Source: Amoebidium appalachense (lineage: Eukaryota > Protista > Ichthyosporea). Taken from it: a DNA stretch of 64,000 nucleotides. Shown here piece by piece: positions 14,618 to 42,232 of this stretch (position 1 is its first letter; the number at the start of each line of letters is the position of its first letter). Location of the stretch: positions 4,082,047 through 4,146,046 of the forward strand of contig CAVNZM010000004.1 in the NCBI GenBank assembly GCA_963693365.1. Reading direction: 5' to 3'. The position numbers and the translations under genes are program-made. Under the pieces are notes generated by a model. That model ran no database searches. It had not been told where the DNA came from and was given only the letters and a program-made list of their open reading frames with translations.

Positions 14618-15678
14618 GAACACCAACACACAGAAGAACATCAACACACACAATCGGGAACGGAACGGCCCCGCACCCTCTCACCAGAAAGCAATCACCT
14701 GCCCACGCTTTGTCACCACACAATCTAATCTGGTGCCTAGCTGGGGCCCTAAAAGCTCTAGCACAAACACACTGAGAGTATGGTACCACAAACTTCCCCA
14801 TGAAACCTACATGCGCTCTGATCATAGGTTCTAGCTATCATCGGCATACTCTTCCCCCCCCCCCCCCCCCCCCCCCCGTCCGCCCGCCCGCCCTCCCCTC
14901 GGGTCCCCTGTCCTCAGTGCTCCTCTCTCTCTCTCTCTCTCTCCTACCATCAATTGTGCTCCCTTACACCCACCCACTTCATTCTCCACTTACACCAACC
15001 ATCAACCCCCCCCCTCCCCCCCCCCCCACAAAAAAAAAATACAAAAAAAACAGGACATGATCTGTCAGAAGGTAGTGAAGGAGTGCAAGGGCTACGCGCC
15101 TCCCGTCGCCGAGCAACTTGAGGCCCAGGCACCTCTTGCACCCCCTTCGGATACGGCTGCGGAAGCAAAGGTTCTTTTGGATGATAAGAAGTGCTTCTCC
15201 CTGACTGAGAAGGGGTGCACGGGGTGCATCAGTGCGGGATGTACTTGGCAGGGAGAGGCTAAGGCCTGCACCCTCGAATGCTCCATCACGGTATGAAGCT
15301 AATATATGTCTTGTTGACTTTTTATTATTATTATTATTTTATTTTTTTTTGGGCTGTGTTGGTTCGTTGGTTTGTTATTGTTGGTGATGATAGGCTTTGA
15401 AAGTTGAGATTTTCTGAGACTATCTGGGCTGAATAGATCTATGGTGTCGTGACTGTGTTGTGGTGTCATTGGTTGGAATAACATGGAGTATTAGAAGTCG
15501 ACATTTTACGGGGGCCTGGACGGGTTGTTGCTGTGTGGGACATGTCTATGGCGATAGCTGGAATTTTTTTTGTAGTTTCTTGCATGTTGATTCAGTTTTT
15601 TCTTGTCACTGTAGTTCATTGTGAGCCCTCCTCCCCCCCCCCCCCCCCCCTCCCCTCTACCCTTAAACACATACGCAC

Positions 15679-15723
<45 letters not shown>

Positions 15724-16319
15724 CTCTCTCTCCCTCTCCCTCTCCCTCTCCCCCTACACACATACTCTTACAATGATTCATCCACAATTGCTTACTCACA
15801 TTTGCGGACCACACCACCACCCGTTTTCTATTGTCCCCCAACAAACAATTGTCAGCAAACGAGCAAAAACGAACCAAAATTTAATTTAATAGCAAATATA
15901 ATTTAATAATCACTAACCCAACCAACCAATCAAAACAGGGTACCAACGACTGCACGCGCAATGCCACCAACTGCCTCGCCGCTCGCCTAATCGTTGCAGC
16001 CCCTCCCCCCGAGCTTGTGAACCCCGAGGCTCTGTGCAAGAAGTACACAAACTGTTCGGATTGCACCAACGCAGCTCTGCCCGGGGACAAGACGTGCACG
16101 TGGCAGCCTGAGGCAAAGATGTGCACCCACGCATGTGCTGTGGAGGTGTGTGTGTGTGTGTGTGTCTGCATATGTGTTGAAGAAAGGGATTGGGGTGGAT
16201 GGTGTTCGTACTGGGTAAAAGTTGGGGGTTGTTGGTGGGTGGGCTGGTTAACAGTAAATGTGTATAATGGCTTGAGAGACGAGCAGGTTTTTTGCCTTAC
16301 TGCTGCATGTGTGTAACAA

Positions 16320-16350
<31 letters not shown>

Positions 16351-16358
16351 GGGGAAAC

Positions 16359-16389
<31 letters not shown>

Positions 16390-16511
16390 GGCTAGTCTTA
16401 ACGACACAAGCATTCTTTGTCGCAGAACCGAATCTTAACGTCCCATTTTTAACCCCTCGTACACGCCTATGCACACACACCAACACATACATGTACACCC
16501 ACACGCGCGCG

Positions 16512-16548
<37 letters not shown>

Positions 16549-16710
16549 ACACAGACGATAAACTGCATCGTTAAGGGTACCCCCTGCCCCGTACCGGCCG
16601 CCGTTGATGCCGCCTCCCTGAAACCCTCCCCGCCTGCCGGAGCTGTTGCTGCTGCCGCCGGGTCGCAAAATGGCGGCGGCATTGGATTGGTTAATGTAAA
16701 CGGCAACTAA
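8945..16710 (+). CDS. Secreted protein: signal peptide + N-TIMP/NTR domain + Pro/Ala linker + three 8-Cys PSI-like repeats (~486 aa)
   Basis: Nine phase-compatible GT-AG exons: 8945-9099, 10721-10784, 11402-11565, 12448-12526, 13218-13451, 14214-14378, 15054-15290, 15939-16145, 16555-16710 (TAA). TIMP-like motifs CVC, IIKGTV, YIVQV, TLQTPATAKDCG, ITDCGLNKPWATL. Repeats follow the pattern C..CxxC....CTWQ...C...C...C...C. Confidence 0.85.
10415..10560. repeat. Intronic tandem duplication, 2 x ~72 bp
   Basis: ttaaccagatccgagttgtccgttgcaagtgttgag...actgtgg.aattgttg occurs twice in succession. Confidence 0.85.
11670..11795. repeat. Intronic tandem duplication, 2 x ~52 bp separated by poly-C
   Basis: tcagcctcttgtttcccgttatg.gtaaattgtactctaagggcaatctaacc occurs twice. 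Confidence 0.85.
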
Positions 16711-17496
16711 CCAACGTGGGTTTAAACAACCGATGGTAAACATGCACAGCACAGGTGATAGGACTATGGCTACAAGTTGTTTAGAAATTATTTATGCCCG
16801 GTCGTTTGCCGCTTTTAGAATTCATCTTATTTAGTACTGGGCCATGTATCCTTAACTTACGTTAGTGGGGTGCAGACTTAAGCTCTCGGCTCGACAACAT
16901 TACTAATAGGCCTATAATCATTCATTTGTCCTACTTGTACCGGAGGGCTTTTTTCAATTTTTTTGTCTAAATGACTATGTTTTCTTTTCTCCTATGATCC
17001 AATGCTGGCCCATCTAGTATTGCTGTATCCCCAATAAACCAGCAAATTGAATTACAGAAGTGCAGTTTAATTCCTTGCACTGTTGCGCAAACACGTGACT
17101 GATTCTTTCTGTTCCTCTGTCGAAGTCTGGGTTTGCACACAGCCTACAGCATTAAGGCGAGTGTGACATTGTGCATATGTGTGCCTCTGATGGTGTATGT
17201 GGAGCTCACGATCAAGCCGTCTAGCTGCCAGATTTGAGGGGCGGGGGGGAGATAAACATGTTGTTGTTGTTTGTGTGTGTGTGTGGGGGGGGGGGGGGGA
17301 GGGATGATATTGCACACTTTGTCACTGTGGTTGAATATACAACGACACACTAAATGACTTGCGAGAAAGCACATGCGGACTCCACCTGTATGTGCACGTC
17401 CATGTACGTTCATGTTCCTCCGGCCGCCACCCACTCCCCCGGGCCAAAAGCCAGCTGCGCATCCTGAGTTGTCCGTGCTTGCAATTGCATGCATTA

Positions 17497-17558
<62 letters not shown>

Positions 17559-19655
17559 CCGGTACCATGGCCACGGTGGCCATGGTGAGCACCATCGATA
17601 TATATCACCTAACACGCACGTACATCACAAACACACATGTGTACATGCCCCGGCCCGCGGCCCGTGGCACACATGATGTACACACCGTACAACGGTTACA
17701 GTGGACAAACACACACCTGCACTCTGTGACACACTATAGTAGTGCATGTCACTGTTGCACACATATCGACAGTGCATGTGCACACGTACGTACAAACAGA
17801 GAGGAAGATGGATTGGAGCGTGCACGTGTGTCATGCTGCACATGTACACACACGTGCACACATGCATGTGCAATGAGGCCATGAACAATACGTATATATG
17901 TTTATCATGGTGAACAACATCTGGTGCCAAATGAAGAAGAAGAAGTTTAGAAGAGTTGGTTCCTGCGCACTTCCTGCTTCCGCGGGAACACCAACGGTGA
18001 CCACTGGGTGTCCGAGAAATGGAATGCAGTCGGGAAACGCGCCAAAAAAGTTTTGGAGGATCGTGGATTCCGATGTCATCAGATCGTCCAATCACGTCGC
18101 ACTAGCTTGAACCAAAGCAACCAATCAAAGCCCATAAACACCCCACGCTCGGAGATCGCGAGGTTCTCGTTTTGGCTTTTCAGCTGTTCCATCTAGCGAA
18201 CGTGTATGTTCTCGTGATCTGTTCTGCAAATTGTGGCCCCCCGAGCCACAATAAACTTGGTGCGACCTGCAAGAATTACGTCAGAGGTTCTAGAACGTAA
18301 GAGAACAATATTCTATTATAGGATTACAGTTGGTTATTTTCGTATCACAAGTAGAAAAAGCGTCAACGTTTGCTCAGAGTTCTCTGTGTGCCTACGAAAG
18401 TCCGTGAGGGGGGGACATCGTCTATGAACGATATTACTATACTGTCGTGCAAACACATGAACGGCAGGGTGCTACATAATATAATTTGGTATTTTACAAA
18501 ATTCTGACACCTGGTACCAGCTACATGTTTTTACAAACGTGTTTTCTGTGTTAGGTGCACATATGTGTATGTAGGCATATATGGCACGGTGGATTAGCTC
18601 TTACCAGGCCCAGACCTGAATTCGTCGCTGCATTTTCTGCATAACAGGTCGATAGTGCTGCTAGAGTATACTTAATTTTCCTTTCACATATGCATCTCAT
18701 GGTCCTCTAATACAGCAAGGCTATATACTGCTTCTAATCCAGCACAGCACGAACATTACAATTCTGGCTAAATAGCACCTCGTTGTCAACAACCACCCCT
18801 GTTCACAGTTGATGAATTTGTGAGGTGTTTATCCTCGAAGGTCCTTCTTCTGTCGCATTTGGTTGGTTGTAACTCCACTCCGTTTAGAGCAAGGTAATAA
18901 TGCAACCCACCCACAAGCCATGTTTTATGTGAACGTTGTGGTCGTCCGGAGCCCCGGTTTTCCTAAACATGTAACGTGCGGAGCAGGACACGCGGACCCT
19001 GGCCTACTCCAAGGGTTTAGAGTACAAACATGTTCCGTACTTAAACATGTATAACGGTGAAGGTTTAAACAGCTCGTAAAATGTGCACTCACAAGCGTGT
19101 GCAAAGAGGGGTGCTGACTTTTTAATATCTTCGAATAACTTACAAATGAAACCCTATTTTCTTTAAAAAGCAATTCACTACATGCCCGAGCGAGAGCATT
19201 GTCCATTAAAAGAAAGCCACACACTGCCCCATGCCTCATCCTGTGTTGATAAAGTGGGGAAAGGGTGCAATTTGGATTTTGTGGATAATAGACCTCTGTG
19301 CTGACTGTGTGTTGTATGAGCACTGCACATCAAGTCCCCCCCCCCCCCCCCCCCCCCCCCTCCCCTCCCCACCGATTTTTGTTAATCCAGTCCCGTCTTG
19401 TTCTTCCACCTTCCTAACACCAGGCATGTCGTCCCTAGAGGCCTCTTAATGAAAGTTTATTCACTGCCCGCACTAACAATATGTTTATAAGCAGAGCCCC
19501 TGTCTGCTACGTATACAGCCAGCGAGCCCCGAATACTATTCTTATAACATCAACGCCTGTCGTGCACCAATAAAACACGTGCGCGTGGACACGACAAGCT
19601 ACCTTGCAGTTGATTTCAAAAAACACCATCAACAGCACAGCGGTGTTTCTTCATC

Positions 19656-25469
<5,814 letters not shown>

Positions 25470-25479
<10 letters not shown>

Positions 25480-25570
25480 TTGAATATGTTCGTGACTAAA
25501 TATATTCGTGACTGAATATATTCGTGACTGAATATGATAGATATACACCGGAGATATACATGACTGAACA
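25470..25570. repeat. Short tandem repeat (~17-bp unit, atattcgtgactgaat-like) starting at the bHLH stop codon
   Basis: About four near-identical copies plus one degenerate copy. Confidence 0.7.
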
Positions 25571-26847
25571 TGTGGATAACTCATGCCCTTTTTTTGGTTT
25601 AGGTTTTTGTGCATGTACCATTCAGACAACAGCACGGTGCATTCGTGTAGAGTTCCTCGCTTTTCCGACGGTGTGTCGGTACATCAATGTACTTCAATGT
25701 ACTTCGAACATGATTGATAATACCCAGCACACACGACAGAAACGTTTAAGAAACATGATTATCATGTTGTAAAGGCCCGGGAGGAGGGGTGGCAGGGCGC
25801 CCGGGGAGGGGGGGGCTAGTCATTATCATCGTCGTTCATAAAGTTTGAGTAGTGAGCGATTTTCTTAACGTTAAAACATTCATATCTTGAAGATCTGTAA
25901 AGTCACCTTTAGCCGCCTTCTGAAAGGCTCTGCACATTTACTAAACTCATCCGGGCAACATGACTAATATAGTGCAAACAGAATGACTGACCGTCTTGTT
26001 TTTACTCTGCCACAGGTATCTCCGGAGACTCCGACCTTTTGTGCAAGGAAGAGGAAGATCAGGACAACAACATGGAGTGATACGGTATCTGCCTATACAT
26101 ACTTCCTCCTCGCCTTCCCCCCCTCCCACCCACCCACACACACAAACACACACACGCACACACACACACGCACGCACACACGCACACACACACGCACGCA
26201 CGCACACCCACCCACCCACCCACCCACCCACCCACACCACCACCACTCCTTTTTCTCTTCCCTTCCAGGTTCTTCTGGATTCCCCCCCCCCCCCCCCCCC
26301 CCTCCCCCCCCCGCCGCGCCCGCCTTTCTCCCTCTGCAACCAAAAAACAGAACGTACACCCACACACACACACACACACACACCGTGTGACACATGCCAC
26401 AACTTCTGGTACATATATATCGGCCTGCACGATTGGATACACAAAAAGTTCACCCTGCAAGTGCATGGCCAGATTGGAGGTTTTCCTTCTTTAATTTATC
26501 ATCTTCGTTTATGCATTTTTTATCTGCGGCTTAATTCAATGGTATTAGCATACACTTACAAGCATCGATCACTTTCTCATGATTTTAAGAATCCCATTTA
26601 TTGAAGTTAGAAGTTTTGCCGTTCTTGAACACTGCAGATGTAAACATGTGCAGATGTAAACATGCTTAAAAAGCGATAGTTAAAGTGTTAATAAATGTAA
26701 AGTCTGCAACGATGTAGATGTAATAAAAGAACATACAAAAGTAGAAGCCTGGTTTTCATACGATTATCAATATGTGACCATTCATATGTACACTCATGAG
26801 TATTCAAAGAGCAATACATTGATTCAAAAGAGCACGTTTCGTGCGTG

Positions 26848-26939
<92 letters not shown>

Positions 26940-27195
26940 TGCACACAGACGCGCACCCCGGAGTCGGGTGTGTACATACATACTTGCACACGCGCACATT
27001 TGTGTGCCCGCACATGTGCATGCCTGTTTGTGTGCTCGCAACTCTCGGGATGTGTGTGTGGTGTGTGTGTGTGCACTTGTCTTTCGAAGTACAAAGGCCC
27101 ATCATAAACAAAGGAAAAAAGAGAACAAAACAAGCGAATTCAGAAAGAAAAACCAGCAATGAATAAAGTAAAAAGAGCAAGAGCAAAAGGGATGC

Positions 27196-27267
27196 TGCCC
27201 GGACAGAGATTCGAACTCCGGTTACTACGGCCACAACGTAGGGTCCTAACCACTAGACGATCCGAGC
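27196..27267 (-). tRNA. tRNA-His (GUG), copy 1
   Basis: Minus strand GCTCGGATCGTCTAGTGGTTAGGACCCTACGTTGTGGCCGTAGTAACCGGAGTTCGAATCTCTGTCCGGGCA. Cloverleaf, GTG anticodon, TTCGAAT T-loop, A73, downstream T-run. Confidence 0.97.
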
Positions 27268-27502
27268 TGTTCACATTCCAAGGAAAAAGAAAAATGTCAA
27301 ACCTTAACTCAAAGCGCACATGAAAATGTGTTGTAGGTGTTGCGCATCTGTTGTGCATGTGTGTGTGGGTACGCGTGTAAAAGAAAGCCTATGAAGCAGT
27401 TGAAAAAAAATCTTTGACAGACCCGGGAAGGCAAAAATCCAAAGTGCAGGGGCAGACGACACAGAGAAAGAAGGACGGAAAAGGGAAACTGAAAAAAAAG
27501 AG

Positions 27503-27574
27503 TGCCCGGACAGAGATTCGAACTCCGGTTACTACGGCCACAACGTAGGGTCCTAACCACTAGACGATCCGAGC
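27503..27574 (-). tRNA. tRNA-His (GUG), copy 2
   Basis: Identical 72-nt sequence, followed by an oligo-T Pol III terminator. Confidence 0.97.
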
Positions 27575-27825
27575 TCTGATGCTCACGCTGGGGACATCAA
27601 AAAAAACAAAAAAAAAAAAAAAAAAAACAATTGCACCTTCCCCTCCTTTTGCCCCAGCACTAACAGCAACATGTTTGCAGGGCAAAAAAAAGAAAGAAAG
27701 AAAGAAAGATCGATACGCGGTTGTTAGGCAGGGCGCAACCTCAAACAAACAATCCAGGCCGGGAAAGGCAAATAAGGGGGGGGGGGGGGAGGGGGGGGGA
27801 GAAAAAAATGGGGAAAAAAAAGGAA

Positions 27826-27897
27826 TGCCCGGACAGAGATTCGAACTCCGGTTACTACGGCCACAACGTAGGGTCCTAACCACTAGACGATCCGAGC
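27826..27897 (-). tRNA. tRNA-His (GUG), copy 3
   Basis: Identical 72-nt sequence, followed by an oligo-T Pol III terminator. Confidence 0.97.
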
Positions 27898-28192
27898 TGT
27901 TAATAGGTTGAGGCTCAAATAAAATATGAGCGTCTCAAAGGGAGCCCATGAACATAAAGCCGAAAAAGGCTAGTAAGGTTCACATTCTTTCAACTACTCA
28001 ATGCCAAAAATGATACGTTTTGCCGCCATACATAAACTTCACTTTTAACATTTAGTTTTGCATTCATTCGGTGTTCAAACTTTCAACCCGTTCGTAAAAA
28101 AAGGAACGTAAGGCATTCGTTTTTAAAGCTGCCCAACGTAATCAATAAAACATAACTAAAAAAACTATAAAACTCTAAAAAACTATAAAAAA

Positions 28193-37895
<9,703 letters not shown>

Positions 37896-38363
37896 TATGG
37901 TGTCTTATGAAACGGTAGTTCAAGGGGATGTATATTCACGTGTACTTATTAGATCAAGTGTTGGTGTCTAAATGGTTTAATCCAGCTAAGACCAAATAGA
38001 AAAAATAAACACTGTGCCTCTAACGGGCGTTTGCTGGACACATGTATGATAAGCAAAGCTGCCTAACCCCGTGAGCTAGAAGTGAGTTTGCTTGTGACGT
38101 ATCCCGTTCAGCTACTGATACACGACTCTTACAACGCTCATGTTTTTGGTTGCATAGACAACTGCAAGGGGAACGGTGATATTACAAATCGGTGAACAGT
38201 TTTGATTAGCGTAAGAAAGACTTTTGAGTATTGAACATTGGCCTATTTTGCATCGGTGCGTTTAAAAAGTTTGGGATTCCATATTAGTCACGCGTTTGTA
38301 TTGACGCATAACGGGCATCACTGCTCGCGGTGTCACGAGCCAACTCCCCCCCGCGGGCCCGCC

Positions 38364-38403
<40 letters not shown>

Positions 38404-38643
38404 ACCCACCCACACCCACCCACACACACGCAAACACCCACCCCATCTCCCGTTGGCGTACCAAGCCCCAAGAGATGTGGAAGTAGGAACCAAGAGACAA
38501 ACTACAACAAAGTCATGTTGCGTCTGAAGTCGAACGAAGTGCTCATACATAAAAATCTTACCGCGTTGGAGATGCGTGCGCGACGATCCGCGATCATGAC
38601 TTTGTGGGTGTAGGTGTACGTGTGTTTTCCGAGGGCTTGCGAA

Positions 38644-38679
<36 letters not shown>

Positions 38680-39246
38680 CTTTTTATATGCCACGTACCT
38701 TGCGAATTGGTTTTTAGGTGCAGTATCTAGGCTCGCCAGAGGATTTGAGGGGGAGGCGGGAGGCTTTAAGGAGTTTTAAGGGAGGCCTAGGGCTGGGGGG
38801 CCCCGGGGAGGGGGGGGGGGGGGGGGGGGGGGGGGGTCCCTTTCCCACTTCTTTCACGTGTTTTCCCTTGTTTCGTTCCTTTTTACCCTTCACTCTTTTT
38901 CTGCCTTTCTTGCTTTCTTTCTTTCTTCTTTCTTTTTTTTTTTTGGAGGGAAGGGGGGGGGGGGGGGGGGGGAGGGGAGGGGAGGGGGGCCGGGGGGGGG
39001 GTCTAAGACGGCTATACAGAGATAAAGGGGGGGGGGGGGGGGCTTCATATAGCCTTCTTTTCAGACATCCCCCCTTCCCCCCCTCCCCCCCGGGAAGAGG
39101 GGGAAAAAAAAAGAAAGCAAAATTAAAAAAAAAAAACTGGAGAATATCAATAATGGTATTGGCCGGAACACCACACCAAAAACTCACAAAAAAACGGCAT
39201 GACGTTGTATGCCCGGTAATTCGCACATGATTCAGGGGTCACGCAG

Positions 39247-39382
<136 letters not shown>

Positions 39383-39818
39383 TATAGATAGTATATATAT
39401 ATCTATATAGACGGGTACATATGCCTGCCAATAGAGAATACCGTCTTAAAAAACCACAGAAGTTCGAATTCCAAAAGTATTGTTAACCATACATATAACC
39501 CACACAACAGTCTGAGTACCGCGGCCGTGAGGGACACAGACACTCACACCGCACGCATGTACTTGGTGATTGTTTTCCTTTTTGATTCCCTTTTTGATCA
39601 GTTGCACGGGTCACCCGTCACATTAGTTTTAACGGTAATTACTTATAAGCACCCACCGGGCCGACCAAAAATGTTGCTACTGTAGTCAACATCGGTGTTT
39701 GCTTCTCTGTTAAGGGCCCTCCGCTATAGGTCGGAACATGCAAACCCATCACACCTCCTTTGAATTCTCTCCCATATGCCTCCTGCGACCACAAACCCAC
39801 CCACCCCCCGCGCGGCCT

Positions 39819-40610
39819 GGGGGGAGGCCGCACACCGCAAACCGCACCAAAAACTTGCAAGAAAACAGCAAGTATGCATGCACATGGGCCCAGCCATGCA
39901 GATACATGGACGGTGGCTACATAGTCAATTGTGATAAACAAAACATGCGGGGGAAAAAAAGTGCCTAAACCGCCAAAAAGTGCTCTGTGTCTCAAAAAGC
40001 CATAAGAATTCAATGTTCCTGGAAACAAAAAAAAAAGGGGGGGGGGGGGGGGGGGGGGGGGGGGAGGGTCGATGCCACACAGATCATTCTATAGTCTTCC
40101 TTTGTCTCGCCTTTCCCCGTCTTTTCCTCTTCTTCTTCTTCTTGAGAGGAGGAAGAGGGAGTCATCTAGCTAGCACGTCTTTCCAAAATAACCCCCCCCC
40201 CCACCCCCACCCCCCAACCCACCACCACCACCACCACTACCCACCCACACCCACCCACCCACCGCGCGTTGTGGGGGGGAGGCCGCATACCGCGAACCGC
40301 ACAAAAAACTTGCAAGAAAACAGCAAGTATGCACATGGGCCCAGCTATGCAGATACATGGGTTACCCACCGGGGTGGCTGGGGTGAATACCTGGGCAAAG
40401 TGTGTGCAAATAGTTGTGATTGTTTAAAGGTGTGTTAGCTTAGCTAATAATGCCGGAACACCCTAGGTAGAGTACTGTCGGTGCTGGGTGGAAGACGGTA
40501 TTTCCCCCGAAGGGCCCAAGGGGTCCCTCCGGGAACAAAACGGGATTAAAAAAAAAAAATACATGAACGTCGGCTACATAGTCAAAGTCATAAACAAAAA
40601 CATGCGTGGG

Positions 40611-40644
<34 letters not shown>

Positions 40645-40772
40645 GGAGGGGGTGGGGAAGTGCCTAAACTGCCAAAAAGTGCTCTGTGTCTCACAAAGCC
40701 CATAAGATTCAAAAAAAAAAAAAAAGGGGGGGGGGGGGGGGGGATGGTTTGGTGCCACACAGATCATCCTAT
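39819..40772. repeat. Two diverged ~270-bp direct repeats; the second is interrupted by an insertion
   Basis: Shared blocks ggaggccgca..aaacttgcaagaaaacagcaagtatgca, gcagatacatg, ggctacatagtcaa, aagtgcctaaac.gccaaaaagtgctctgtgtctca and tgccacacagatcat at ~39819-40090 and ~40275-40772. Confidence 0.85.
40360..40558 (+). mobile_element. ~200-bp poly(A)-tailed retroposon insertion (SINE or 5'-truncated non-LTR element)
   Basis: Absent from the paralogous repeat copy at ~39902-39910, which serves as the empty site. Flanked by the 7-bp duplication ATACATG (40353-40359 and 40559-40565) and ends in GATT followed by an A12 run. Confidence 0.75.
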
Positions 40773-40960
40773 GTTCTCTATTGTCGCTTGATTTGTAGGT
40801 GCATGCACCTCTATCAGTATGAAAAAATGCCTCATTTATGTAACGTCCCAGTGTCACTTGTTTTTTTTTCACAAGGGTCCTATTTCTTTCTTGTTCCTTT
40901 TTCTTTCCTCCCTCCCTCCCCCCCCACCCCATCCCCACTTTTGTCACCTTTTAGTCTATC

Positions 40961-40991
<31 letters not shown>

Positions 40992-41590
40992 TTGCTATCG
41001 ACCACATGCTCCTTTTCCAGGGGGTTTATTTCAGGGGATATTGAGAAGATATAACTTCAACAAGTTCAAAGATCACTGCGAACATCGATGCAGTTGTTTC
41101 AAAACTGACGCTTTGCAGTGTCTGATCTACATGACCATTGCGTATTCCGATAACACCTCGGCCGGCAATGAATATATCCGATGATCATGAAGGTTTGGCC
41201 AACATCTCTAACGTCCAACGAACCCCTCACCAGTAATGCAGCTCTTGAATATCGATTTTTATATTTTATAATGACTTGGATAAGATATTATTTCTCCGAA
41301 ATTCGATATGCAGTAAGTCGCCAAGGGAAAGTCACGGAAAGTATTTGACAAAACATCGGATTCTGTACAATCAACATATACCACTATGCTACAGACACCA
41401 CCAGCACCACCTTTGCCTGTTATTACCCCAACACAATTCAAGTGTTTGCATCCACATAATTCACATCCGTGTATACCCATTTGCACGCGTAAAAGCTCAT
41501 GACAACGCGGCACATTTGAACGCATGATAAATGCAAAGCACCCTACTCAGTTGAACACCCATTCACATTCCATGCAGGATAATCCACCAA

Positions 41591-42199
41591 TCACTCGTCT
41601 CCATCCACCACCACCTCCTCCTCATTGGCTCCCGCACCAATCATGTGCCCCAATCCCAGCCTCTTCATCAGCCCACCCATGACGTCATCACACGTGGCAT
41701 GTAGGCGCAAGTCAGCAATGGGGTCCAAGGGGGTACGCTGCAAATTTGCAATCACCAGCCGGGCGGGGGGGTTCTTGCGTGAGGCCTTCTGGGGAATCTG
41801 TTTCGTCGAATAGAAGGCATGAGGTTCTTTTCTTTCCCGAGGCCTAGCTTTTTCTATTTTCTTTCTTTCTTTCTTTCTTTCTTTAGACTTTCTTTCTTTT
41901 TTTTTTTGTTTTTTGTTTTTTGATTTTTTTTTTTGGGGGGGGGGGGTGGAGGGGGAGGGGAAGAGGGGGGGGGGGGGGGGGGGGGGGGGAGGATGGGTAT
42001 TGCATAGGTATGTGCCAATGACATGCAGTAGTAGTGCGAAGAAAGGGTAGAGAGGAGAGGATAGCTAAGAAAGAGGGGAAGGGGTGGAGGGGAGGGGGGG
42101 TGATTATACATCAGTGTAGAGCTGAAGGCACTGGGAGATCATATAATCTATGTGTGGGTGTGTGGGTGCGCCGGTTTACAGGCCGTTGAGGGGGGGGGA

Positions 42200-42232
<33 letters not shown>

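Noticed and set aside
17564-17590. Perfect palindrome accatggccac-g-gtggccatggt
   Set aside because: An isolated 11-bp arm hairpin with no associated element ends or gene.
18060-18085. CTGATGA hammerhead-like core on the minus strand
   Set aside because: No correctly placed GAAA or stems.
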